From Mobula hypostoma (lineage: Eukaryota): a stretch of DNA of 64,000 bases. Position 1 is the stretch's first letter. Each line of letters starts with the position of its first letter. The DNA lies in NCBI RefSeq assembly GCF_963921235.1, contig NC_086097.1, positions 150,848,001 to 150,912,000 on the forward strand, read 5' to 3'. The notes below the pieces were generated by a model. That model had not been told where the DNA came from. It ran no database searches and saw only the letters and a program-made list of their open reading frames with translations. A program made the translations under genes and the position numbers. Shown in pieces: positions 52,314 to 64,000 of this stretch.

Positions 52314-52546
52314 TGTGGTAAGCCATGTACATATGTGGTAACTGGGTTACCTGTCTGGACACACCCCTCTGCTGACTGACCCTGTGGCTCCTCCCACAGA
52401 GTCCTGTATAAAGGCGTTTGGGCCTTGGCTCCTCCTCTCAGTTCAGGGGTAGACACTCAGCATGCTGGAGGTCACATTTTACTGTGAATAAAAGCCTTTC
52501 AGTATTTACCCTACTTCCAGTCTTTGGAGTTATTGATGGTGCCTCA
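52314..52546 (+). repeat. 3' LTR
   Basis: Direct repeat of 49886-50119. TATAAA at 52407-52412 and an Inr-like TCAGTT at 52438-52443. Confidence 0.95.
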
Positions 52547-52780
52547 ATGACCTGCACAGGAATAGTTTCAAATGAGGTCTGTTACTGAGCCAGACAAGGA
52601 AATATTGGATTGGAAATTCATTTGCCTAAAGCCCTAAAATCTAGTGCTAAGTAAACAAACTTCGCATTTAAAGCAAATTAAGAATTTCTATACATAACTA
52701 ATTGGAAGTTAATGCTGGTAACATTTTTCCCCACGTCATCTAGAACACCTAATGGTAGTGCAATATATAAGAGATTACTT

Positions 52781-52932
52781 TAATTAGGTTCTTGATCAGT
52801 AAAGACATCAAATGCTATGGGGAGAGGCAAGAAAATTGGGTTGAGAGGAAAGTAACTCAGCTATGATCAAATGGCAAGACAGACTTGGAGGGGCCGAGCA
52901 GCCTAATTTTGCTCCTATGTCTTATGGTCTTA
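52781..52932 (+). mobile_element. CR1 3' tail fragment
   Basis: Resembles the 3' ends at 43220-43370 and 41230-41388. Ends CCTATGTCTTATGGTCTTA. Confidence 0.7.
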
Positions 52933-53344
52933 CAAGACTGGCAATGTTCACTCACATTAACGATAATGCCAGGGTGAAAATAAACATTTTCATAGGGCTA
53001 AACATATTCCATTTATGTTCATAGACTGAATGTGCCTCAGTTCTTTGCAAAACAGCCTTTAAATTAACTGATCCCCATCAAAATCCTGAAAAGATGTGGC
53101 CAGAAATGCCAAGAGAAATCTATTTTCACAGATGCCCTAATGAATTTTATAATGATTTAAGAACTTTACAATATAATCACAGGGAGATCATTAACACTAT
53201 TATCTTGTCAAAATATTGGTGCAAACATATTGCTGTGCCATTATGACTAAATGTTGCTCAGAGAATATTACTTTAAAAAGTGCCTTCAAAGAAAAGAGGG
53301 ATGAAGGGAGAACGTTTAGGAAGATAACGACTGGGATTGCTGAT

Positions 53345-53445
53345 AATCTGACAGTGAGGAATTTATTGTTAATTTTAGAGAACTGCAATGTGCCAAAGCA
53401 GAAGATGAGATATTTTTCTTTCATCTAGTGTTAGGCTTCGTCAAG
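53345..53445 (-). mobile_element. Old Penelope-like ORF-end remnant
   Basis: MKEKYLIFCFGTLQFSKINNKF aligns with LEEQHFIFRLGSLQPDGMNIDF of the PLE at 48567-48646. Confidence 0.55.
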
Positions 53446-53857
53446 GAAAGTCAGAGAGGGTGGGTCGGAGGCTAGGGGTCATGTCTGCACACTGAAAAGA
53501 AGTATTTGGTTTCTTCGATAACTTTGTGAGGAGTAATTATATTAAACTAAAAGGAGGAGGTAAAATATAGATAGGGATCCTCCTGTGTTGCCAAGGTATG
53601 AAATAGATAACTGTAAGAAAATAGACTTTGGTAGGGATGTAGAAATGAGCATCCTAGAAGGAGCAGCGTCTTCAGAATGCTGAATGGATAGGGAAGGGAA
53701 TAATGTGTTTGGCAATGGCTCATGCTGGAATTTTCAGAAACTGTGGATCTATTAACTATGGAGAGAGGCTGGAAGAAGAGGGACAGATGAATTAGGCCAA
53801 GTCTAGAAATCTGAAACAAAAACAGGAAATGCTGGAAAATCTGGAAGGTCAAAGGTT

Positions 53858-56800
53858 GCCAATGACATAAGTAGGAAAAGGGAAGAGGTCCTGAAAACAG
53901 ACAGCAGGAAGTTAGGAAGGAAGTTGAGAAGCAGGACCTCAAAGGTAGAAATCTCAGGATTACTGCCTGTGTCACATGATAGTGAGTATAGGAATAGAAT
54001 GAGGTGGAGAATAAATGCTCGGCTGAAGGATTGGAGCAGGGGGGCAGGGATTCAGATTTCTAGATCATTGGGACCTCTTCGGGGGCAGATGTGACCTGTA
54101 CAAAAAGGATGGGTTGCACTTGAATCTGAGAGGGCCCAATAACCTGGCGGGAAGGTTTGCTAAGGCTATTGGGGATAGTTTAAACTAGAATTGCTGGAGG
54201 GTGGGAAACGAACTGAAGTGACGGAGGAAAGGGAGGTTGGCTCACAAAAGGAGAAAGTTTGGAGACAGTGCAAAAAGGAGGATAGGCAGGTGATAGAGAA
54301 GGGATGCACTCAGACTGATGGTTTGAGGTGTGTCTATTTTATGTGAGGAGTATCATGAATAAAGTGGATGAGCTTAGAGCTTGGATCAGCACTTGGAGCT
54401 ATGATGTTGTGGCCATTGGATGGTGCAGGGGCAGGAATGGCTACCTCAAGTACCAGGCTTTTGATGTTTTAGAAAGGATAGGGAGGGAGGCAAAAGAGGT
54501 GGGGGCATGGCACTGCTGATCAGAGATATTGCCACAGCTGCAGAAAAGGAGGAAGTCATGGAGGGGTTGTCTACGGAGTCTCTGTGGGTGGAAGTTAGGA
54601 ATAGGAAGAGTCAATAACTCTACTGGATGTTTTTTGTAGATCACTCTATAGTAACAGGGACATTGAGGAGCAGATAGGGAGACAGATTCTGGAAAGGAGT
54701 AATAATAACAGGGCTATTGAGGTGGGAGATTTTAATTTTCCTAATATTGATTAGCATCTCCCTAGAGTGAGGGGTTTAGATGGGGTAGAGTTTGTTAGGT
54801 GTATTCAGGAAGGTTTCTTGACACAATATGTAGATAAGCCTATAAGAGGAGAGTCTGTACTTGATCTGGTATTGGGAAATGAACTTGGTCAGGTGTCAGG
54901 TCTCTCAGTGGGAGAGCATTTTGGAGATTGTGATCACAATTCCACCTCCATTACCATAGCATTGGAGAGGGATAGGAACAGAAAAGTTAGGGAAACGTTT
55001 AATTGGAGTAAGGGGAAATATGAGGTTATCAGGCAGGAACTTAGAAGCATAAATTGGAAACAGATGTTTTCAGGGAAACGTACGGAAGAAATGTGGCAAA
55101 TGCTCGGGATTTTTGCATGGGGTTCTGAGTAGGTACGTTCCAATGAGATATGGAAAGGATGGTAGGGTACAAGATCCGTGGTGTACAAAGGTGTAAATAT
55201 AGTCAAGAAGAAAAGAAGAGCTGACGCATGGTTCAAAAAACTAGGTAATGATAGGAATCTAGAAGATTATAAGGCTAGCAGGAAGGAGCTTAAGAATGAA
55301 ATTAGGAGAGCCAGAAGGGACCACGAGAAGGCCTTGGTGGACAGGATGAAGGAAAACCCCAAGGCATTCTACAAGTATCTGAAGAGCAAAAGGATAAGAT
55401 GTGAGCGAATAGGACCAATCAAGTGTGACAGTGGAAAAGTGTGTATGGAAATAGGGGAAATAGCGGAGGTACTTAATGAATACTTTGCTTCAGTATTCAC
55501 TACAGAAAAGGATCTTGGTGATTGTAGGATGACTTGCAGTGGACTGAAAAGCTTGAGCATGTAGGTATTAAGGAAGAGGGTGTGCTGGAGCTTTTGGAAA
55601 GCATTGAATTAGATAAGTCACTGGGACTGGACGGGATGTACCCCAGGCTACTGTGGGAAGCAAGGGAAGAGATTGCTGAGCCTCTGGCAATGACCTTTGC
55701 ATCATCAACATGGATGGGAGAGGTTCCGGAGGATTGGAGGGTTGCGGATGTTGTTCCCTTATTCAAGAAAGGAAGTAGGGATAGCCCAGGAAATTATAGA
55801 CCAGTGAATCTTACTTCAGTGGTTGGTAAGTTGATGGAGAAGATCCAGAGAGGCCCGATTTATGAACATTTGGAGAGGCATAATATGATTAGGAATAGTC
55901 AGCATGGATTTGTCAAAGGCAGGTTCATGCCTTCTGAGCCTGATTGATTTTTTTGAGGATGGGACTAAGCACATTGATGAAGGTAGAGCAGTAGATATAG
56001 TGTATATGGATTTCAGCAAGGCATTTGATAAGGTACCCCATGCAAGCCTTATTGAGAAAGTAAGGAGGCATAGGATCCAAGGGGACATTGCTTTGTGGAT
56101 CCAGAACTGGCTTGCCCACAGAAGGTAAAGAGTGGTTGTAGACGGGTCATATTCTGCATGCAGGCCGGTGACCAGTGGTGTGCTTCAGGGATCTGTTCTG
56201 GAACCCTACTCTTTGTGATTTTTATAAATGACCTGGATGATGAAGTGGAGGGATGGGTTAGTAAATTTGCTGATGACACAAAAGTTGGGGGTATTGTGGA
56301 TAGTGTGGAGGGCTATCAGAGGTTATAACAGGACATTGATAGGATTCAAAACTGGGCTGAGAAGTGGCAGATGGAGTTCAACCCAGATAAGTGTGAGGTG
56401 GTTCATTTTGGTAGGTCAAATATGATGGCAGAATACAGCAGTAATTGTAAGACTCTTGGCAGTGTGGAGGATCAGAGGGATCTTGGGGTCCAAGTCCATA
56501 GGACACTCAAAGCTGCTACGCAGGTTGACTCTGTGGTTAAGAAAGCATATGGTGCCTTGGCCTTCATCAATCATGAGATTGAGTTTAAGAGCCAAGAGGT
56601 AATGTTGCAGCTATATAGGACCCTGGTCAGACCCCACTTGGAGTACTGTGCTCAATTCTGGTCGCCTCACTAAAGGAAGGACGTGGAAACCATAGAAAGG
56701 GTGCAGAGGAGATTTACAAGGATGTTGCCTGGATTGAGGAGCATGCCTGATGAGAATAGGTTGCGTGAACTTGCTCTTTTCTCCTTGGAGCGACAGAGGA

Positions 56801-57143
56801 TGAGGTGTACAAGATAATGAGAGGCATTGATTGTGTGGATAGTCAGAGGCTTTTTCCCAGGGCTGAAATGGCTAGCACGAGAGGGCATAGTTTTAAGGTG
56901 CTTGGAAGTAGGTACAGAGGAGATGTCAGGGGTAAGTTTTTTACACAGAGAGTGGTGAGTGCGTAGCGTGGAAAGGGCTGCCAGCCGTGGCAGTGGAGGT
57001 GGAAACAATAGGGTCTTTTAAGAGACTCTTGGATGGCTACATGGAGCTTAGAAAAATAGAGGGCTATGGGTAGAGCCTAGGTAGTTCTAAGGCAGGGATA
57101 TGTTCGGCACAGCTTTGTATTGTACTGTAGGTTTTCTATGTTT
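53858..57143 (+). mobile_element. CR1 LINE, second subfamily (~3.3 kb): ORF1 esterase C-terminus, ORF2 APE endonuclease and RT, 3' tail; disrupted
   Basis: ORF1 NDISRKR..KDGLHLN (SGNH-like, 54108-54119). ORF2 RSIMNKVDEL, GDFNFPNID, LDLVLGN, DHN, QHGFVKG, MDFSKAFDKVPH, KFADDTK, RPHLEYCAQFWSP. Ends GTTTTCTATGTTT. Many stops and frameshifts. Confidence 0.93.
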
Positions 57144-59407
57144 AAAGGTTCGTTCTTTATCAAAGCCTGTATCCATATACAACTCTGAAATTTGTCTTCC
57201 CCAGACCGGACATGAAACAAATTCAGGGAGAAACAGGAACCCTCCCCCACAAAAAAGAATGGCAATAAGATCCTCAACCCCCCCATCCCCCCCATCCCCC
57301 CCATCCCCCCCCCAAACTTCTCCCTTTGCACAAAACGGAACAGGGACATCGACCTCCAAAAAATTCCTTCAAGGAGGACAGACAGCATTTGTTGAGTGAA
57401 AAACAAGGGTTAATCTTTTAGGTCAAGGATCTTTTATCAGGGTCAACACAGAAACAGGTTTAATATCTTTGGCAAATGTCATGAAATCAATGACGTATTT
57501 ATCTGGCCAATGGACCTTTGCCCATTGGTCAGGTAGCAGAAAAAACTGTGAGACAACTGATTAGCTATTTAGTCAAATCTCATGGTTCATTACCTTCTCA
57601 GCGGAAAATGCAAAGTAAAGGGAACCACTTATTCAATTAGATAGAGTGTCGACATTCCTACAAGGGTCAAACAGCGATTCATGTGTAACATGTGACATTG
57701 AAAACCCAAAAGACAACCCTTATATCAGAATTAGCTAAGGCTTTTGTTCAATGAACATGTGGCTAGTCTGAGATGCCTAATTAGTGCGATCGCCTTATTA
57801 CTCATGTTAATACATTCAAGCCAAGAAGCTTTCACTATGCGTCTACTCATCATGCTTGCCACATCGACTCAGAGCCAAGTATCAGGATGGAGGGTTGGCA
57901 GTCAGAGATATCCCCTGCAGTCATAGCTTATGACTCTAGTAATCCATCCACAGACATGAGAGGAAAACAAATATAATGAGGCCCATGGGACAAGAAAATC
58001 TTAATAGAGCAGACCATCGGTATTTTAAAGTGACGGTTTGATAAATGAAGGAAACTTACAGAGCAAAGATCTCAATAATTGTTGTAGCTTATCGCACCTG
58101 CATAAAGATATCATATAGTATCTTTTGATGCTGAATTGAATGGCAATGATGAAAGGGAATTGGATCCTCCATGCCACGTTAGGTAGAAGTTGCAACAGGA
58201 GATGGAGGAAATTCTTCAGCCTGGTGGAAATAACAACTTGCAGCTGTGTCTTTACTAAATCAAATTTGAAAATTCAAACAAAATTCAGTTGCCAACTTTA
58301 CAGCCATACATTGATGGCTGATTCAGAAAGACTTCCATTTTGAGAGTTTCCTTGCACTGGTTAGTCAAATTGCATAACATTTGATGCCTTCAGAGGTGTT
58401 TGCAAATTTGCAACGCAATACATAACCTACAAACGAAGTCCAAAAGTGGAATTTCTGTAGTTCTTGCTTGGATCTGTTGTAAACTAGCTGTATGCCATAT
58501 TTATTCAAAATCATCTGACACTGATGGGTTTTGTTCAAGTTAACAGGAGATTAACCAGGACATCTGCAACTCCAGTTGTTGCATCTATTTCTCATCACAA
58601 CCTCTGCATTTCACATCACTTGCCTTTGTTGGTCTTATTGCCGACCTACAAGCAATAAGTTCCTTGGCTGATAAGATGTCAAGGATTAGGTGGTTAAAAC
58701 ATTTTAAGAGTATGTATAATTGAGAGGAACTCTAATTTAATTGGTCAGCAATGAGTGGGGCAAGAGTAAGGATGGAATTTTTGTTCAGTAGACCTGCAGC
58801 GACATTATTTGTGGTGCTAGAAGATGCAGTGGTTTAATAATAGGTGCACAAAGTGACCACTTCAACACATTTCCTGTTGCTTGTCCAATTATTCTGTTAC
58901 TAAGGTAGGATGTAGAGTATGATGTGCTATGTCTATTCCTAAAATAGTCACAGCTGAATATTTACTTCAATTTACAAACCTGTTGTGCCTCACAATCACT
59001 ATGTGACCTTTTGATTGCAAGTGGATATTTAAATGTTGTATCTTATTTTCCTTATTTTTTAATATTGTGCTGTATATACTGATATTATGAAGTTTGTCGG
59101 TTGTTTATTTAAACCTCTCACTTTCAAATGAAAACTCAATGATTTAGGATCAGAGAGCTACCCACGTTGTGCACTCCCCTGCCTGCTAAGCCCAAATTTA
59201 CCTGGTGCATGTCCTTCAGCTGTGATTTTTTCAATGACATTGGATCTGACTTTGGCACAGAGGGCAAGCAGAGAGCTGAATTTTCTTATTGAAATATCGC
59301 TACAAATGGATTAGTCTACATGGTTGAATTGTTGTCAAAGTTGTCAATGAAAACTTGAATGTTGGTGGATGTCTAACATTCATAAAGACCCAAAACACAT
59401 TAGACTA

Positions 59408-59617
59408 TCAGACCATAAGACATTAGAGCAGAATTTGGCCATTCGGCCCATCGAGTCTGCTCTGCCCATCGATCATGGCTGATCTATTATCCTTCTCATC
59501 CCAATTGTCCTGTCTTCCTGTACCCTCTAACACCCTTACTAATCAAGAACCTATCAAATTCCACTTTAAATATGCCCAATGACTTGGCCTCTACAGCCAT
59601 CTGTGGCAATGAATTCC
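59408..59617 (-). mobile_element. CR1 3' tail fragment
   Basis: AGACCATAAGACAT..GGCCATTCGGCCC. The minus strand reads NSLPQMAVEAKSLGIFKVEFDRFLISKGVRGY. Confidence 0.85.
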
Positions 59618-60514
59618 TCTTCATTTTAAAAATGCTATTCCTCCTCCTTAAAAATGTTATTGAAATTATAATAAAACACAATAAAAGAAAAATAATAAAG
59701 TAGTGAATTATTTTAAATTGAATGACTTACAATGTGATTTCCTTACTAGTTACCTTGCTAGTACCCTTCACAGATATTCCTCTTTATTGTAATGAAGGGA
59801 GATGGTGAACTTTTACCAAATTAAAACTGATAGGGGTTCAGCTTGCAAATTTCCATTATAATTGCGGGGAACTAGCAAGCTGATGGCGCCTGGTGAATAA
59901 GAAGTCTGATTCAGAGTACAGTTAGACTGACAATGGTACAACCAGCTCTCTGAAATTTAATGCATCCACTTTTGAAAATGATTATGCCAGCATTCCATAT
60001 ATCCTGACAGTTACTGTACATCAGCAAATTTTAGCAATTGTACAAAACTATAGTAAGTTCTCTGGAAAATCTGGACCAAGGAGCTAATTTGTGTTACTGT
60101 TTTCAGTGGTTCCAGGACTATAAATCAGATACTTCACAATCCTGGTGATGAGCCAAAGTGGACTTAGAAATGAATGAAGGTTACCAAAGCCTTCTACCAA
60201 TGGAAGTTTCCCTACCTTTTGGAAACTAGTTGAATATCATGATTAACCAACGACTTCATTAGAAAAGTTTCAAATAATTGTAGATAGATGATGAAGTAGT
60301 TGTACCATAGCCTTTTCCCATTTAACATTTGTGTTCTTGTGAGGGGTGAGGAGATGATCCTTATTCATCCCATACTTACAGGCCACACAAGGTGTTACTT
60401 TTAACCTCATACAACCAACTCTGCAAAGCATTCCTACCGAATGTAATAGCCTTTGGGTTCTGATCATCACACTTCCCATCTTTGCCACTTTCCTGGGTGC
60501 CACTGAGCCACATT

Positions 60515-60830
60515 GCCACAGTTAGCAGAGCAATTGTCTCACAGCTCTAGCAGCCCGGACTGAACTTTGACCTCCAATCCCATGAGCAGGAGTCTTGCCA
60601 TCTTCTGTGACTGAGTAGGTTTATATCTCCCCTATATCCCAGAGACATGCAGGCTGGTAGTTTAATCGGCCACTGTAAATACCCTAGTAGGTGGACATAG
60701 CACAGCAATAGGCTGCTTAATTACTGTCATGTAACAATTACTAATCCATTAGTCCTTGGAATGTGGGAGGAAATGAGAGCACCCAAAGGAAACCCAAGTG
60801 GCCACGGAGAGAATGTACAACCCCTTACAT
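60515..60830. mobile_element. Decayed V-SINE/HE1-like SINE fragments (+ copy ~60515-60700, - copy ~60745-60830)
   Basis: TATCCCAGAGACATGCAGG..TTAATCGGCCACTGTAAAT and the reverse-oriented TTGGAATGTGGGAGGAAA..GGAAACCCA..GGAGAGAATGTACAA resemble the V-SINE core. Recognised from memory, not by alignment. Confidence 0.5.
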
Positions 60831-61994
60831 GTTGATAGGAATATGGGAGAATACAAATGGGATAGTGTGAGTGTAAGTGGATACCTTTTTTCAGTGCTGT
60901 GTGTCTCTACAAAGTTTGGAACAGTTTCTTTTTTTTTCTGTTCTGAGTCACCATAAGATCAAGCAGATCATGTCTTAGTTCTGACAGAAGGACATGCAAT
61001 ACAATATATTATAATTAATTCCAGAGCCCTTCCACCACCCTGATCCACATTGGTTCAATATTCAGCTGCTACCAGCTAAAATATATTCATTTGAATAGTT
61101 TCAATGCATTAAGTAGTACAGCATCAGTGAATTTTGCTCTTCCAGAGGCAGGAGACCCATGAGAAACAGTTCTATTGCAGCCATCCTGCTCTACATAACT
61201 ATTGAATCACACAGTGGAAAATGCAAATCCCAGTTAATCAAGCTAATATAAAATAATGGACAAATGTTCAATGAATAAAGGTTACTCTTGACAATGTAGT
61301 AAAATATGTAATATACATTTAACATTTATTAAACTATTCTCATCTATTTCCACAGAAGCATTAACTATTTAGAAGCAATTTGAAATGGGGAATTTAAAAT
61401 AAATTCACACTCCATTGTAAAAAGAGCAGAGAGGGGAATTTGATACAAGGATAAATTGTTCTTAGATTTACATGCAGTCTGTCTGCTCATGCCTTTATTA
61501 AATGTGCTTATTTTCAGTATTGTTGGAGAAAAGCTGTCATAGCTCAATTCTTTCATTCCAGTGAAAAGACCGGTTGTCAAAAATATCTCATCCAGCAGAT
61601 GATTTGAGATTTTATACCTTTTCCTGTTACTACCACATTTTTCCTATCAACAGCGGCAGAGGCCTAAAGATGTTCTCCACGGTGATTAATATTAAGTCTA
61701 GGAGCAGGGGAAGCAGCACCTCCAGGCAGAGAAACAATTGACACTTCAGGTGAAGATCTTTCATCGGAATTGGAAAAGTGAGAGAAAAGGAGTGTAAAGT
61801 GAAGAGAACAGAGGTACATCTGTGCTAGGGAGCAGGTCCAACATATTAATGCCTGAAGGGCAGCATTAGCAACAGAGAAACAATAGAATTAAACAAATTA
61901 AAATCACAGCACATTCCCTCTATTGTCACCATGCCTACCCTTTCTGCAACTTTAAACAGTCCCCTCACTTTTCCAGTTCTGATTAAAGGTCAAA

Positions 61995-63360
61995 GTCACA
62001 GCAACACAGCACAGATACAAGCCCTTCAGCCCAATAGGTCCATGCACATCCAGCTAGTTCCAATTCCCTGTATTTGACACTTATGCTCTTAGCTTCCTCC
62101 CAAGCACAGTTTGTTGTCTTTTGCACACTGGTTGAATGCCCAAGATGGTCTGGTCTTTCATTGATTCATTGATTGTGGTTATTATACTGTTATGAACTTC
62201 CTGAGCAAGCCCACAAGAAAATTAATCTTTTAAGTACATATAAGTACTTTGATTATAAATTTACTTTGAACTTTATGTACCTATCCAAGTCCTTCCTGAA
62301 TGATACTGTTGTACCTACCTCAACCACTTCCTGTGGCATCTTGTACCATTTCCTTACTACCCTCTGTGTAAAAATGTTGCCCTCAAGTCCCTTTTAAATC
62401 TTTCCCCTCACAACCTAAATTTATACCCCTTTATACCCCAAGATTCCCATACCCTGGGGACTGTTACTTGTTGTGCTTTGTAACTCCAAAAACATTAAAC
62501 TAATTAAAAAGAAAAGACAGGAGTCTGAAACGTGAGTCTAACTTCATCTATACTTTAATCGAGACGTGCACATATCATGCGGCACAACGTATGCAATTTG
62601 TATATTTTTATATATAACCTGCAATGAATTATTTAAACAAACAAGCATGCTTAATCAAAAAATATTTTCAATATTACTCTAATAATATTATGAGGAATAA
62701 AGATGAAGCCTTGCCAATTTCCCCACAGTTCAGGCCCTCTGGTCCTATCAACATCTTCAAATCTTTCTAGTTTAACCATGTCTTTCCAATAACAGTGACC
62801 AAATTGTACACAGTATTCCAGTTGCAGCCTCACCACTGACAATACAACTGCAACCTAATTTCTGACCCCTGTACTCAATGCCCTGACTGAAGGCCAGCAT
62901 GACAAACGTTTTTATCGCACCCACTCTCCCCCCGTCCATCTGTAATGCTGCTTTCAATGAACTAAGCACCCGCACTCCTTCGACCCATATTCCTTTGCAC
63001 TCTCTAGTGCCCTATCACTCGTGGTACAAATCCTGGTATGATTTACCAAAATGAATTACCTCACATTTCTGTACGAAATACATTTGCTACTCCTTGGCCA
63101 TCTTCCCTAACTGATCAAGCTCTCCCCAATCAGGCCCTGTGCATTTGTTTCCAAATCATTTATGAAAATAGCAAATAATGAGGCCCCCAAACTGACCCCT
63201 GCAGCACACACTAGTTGTTGTTCTCCATTCCGAGAAACCACCTTCAACCATTACCCCCTGCCTCCTACATCTGAGCCAGTTTTGAATCCATCTATGTAAC
63301 TGTCCCTGTAATCCATGGGATATAACTTTCCAGACCAGCCTATCATGCAGAACCTTGTGT
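61995..63360 (-). mobile_element. Old CR1 fragment carrying two probable secondary insertions (~62100-62270 and ~62460-62690)
   Basis: Minus-strand VRLQLEYCVQFGH and MLAFSQGIEYR, with a CR1 tail near 62000-62050. The first insert ends in a TAAATTTACTTTGAACTTT tail like that of the 44808 element. Confidence 0.6.
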
Positions 63361-64000
63361 TAGGAATCATTATGGATTAGCATAATTATGGATGAACTAA
63401 AATGAGAACCAGTCTTCAGGAAATAAAACCTGCACACAATTTATCTTCCAGCAGATACTTTGTGGCTAGTGAAACCAGTCATTTTTGTGGGACATTCCCC
63501 ATGTGTTTTCAATGGGACAGTATCAGAAAGACAATGGCTGAACGTTCCTGATATTGTTAAAGCCCTATCCCTGCCACTTAAGGCATAGTTGAGGACAGAT
63601 CTATTTTGTCACCTAACCTTCTGGTTAGTTGTGTACTCATGGAACCATCCTTCAACACTGTAACGAAATGTGTATATTACAGGTGTCTGCAGTTTGTACT
63701 GAGGGTTTTGGAAACAACACCAATATTGAATATTCCAAAGTTCTGCTAGTTGGGATGTGCTACCATTGTAAACATGTAAATCTGTAAATTTACCTGACTA
63801 TACGCCAAGTATTAAAGTTAAGTAGGTGATCATTGCTATTGAAACAGTGATTTATCATTTATTGTTATCTTTCTGTTTGAAGAAGTATAAAACATCGTGC
63901 TGGGAGGGTCAGGTTATTTTAGATTCTCCTGGACTTTCTCTGCTGAAGGTTTGCAGTGTGAATTAAGACTTTTAATTCTCCCTATTACAGCTTCCATTTG

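Larger units (their letters stand above)
49886..52546 (+). mobile_element. Gypsy/Ty3 LTR retrotransposon (Mag-like), internally deleted, non-autonomous
   Basis: Two ~234-bp TG..CA LTRs. Flanks GTGAC (49881-49885) and ATGAC (52547-52551) give a 5-bp TSD with one mismatch (or a 4-bp TGAC). Gag, protease, RT remnants and a PPT are present. Confidence 0.95.

Noticed and set aside
57077..57406. Short ORFs with GGMGGM / PPSPPS repeats
   Set aside because: They are produced by a (CCCCCCCAT)3 microrepeat in repeat-derived sequence.

Overview
Eukaryotic, gene-free, repeat-dominated window. The CR1-type LINEs with (TTCTATGT)n tails, Neptune-type Penelope elements and V-SINE-like remnants suggest a cartilaginous fish (inference). 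Positions 1-28839 are one ~29-kb complex (GT)n satellite with kb-scale higher-order duplications (~10.7 kb and ~6.05 kb), interrupted once by a 223-bp CR1 3' end. All giant His/Thr or Cys/Val ORFs there are artefacts. The remaining ~35 kb is a transposon graveyard: several CR1 LINEs (largest 39525-41388 and 53858-57143), Rex1/Babar-like and Tx1-like fragments, a Penelope-like element (47026-49074; 13-bp TSD, ~550-bp inverted arm, RT C-terminus plus GIY-YIG, minimal hammerhead motifs), a 200-bp palindromic Penelope derivative with a 14-bp TSD, and an internally deleted Mag-like Gypsy element (49886-52546). The most unusual observation is in the Gypsy element: it has no tRNA primer-binding site. 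The 15 nt at the PBS position are instead the perfect reverse complement of the LTR's own polyA-signal segment, which points to self-priming and/or 5'-LTR-specific polyA masking. No host protein-coding gene could be supported.
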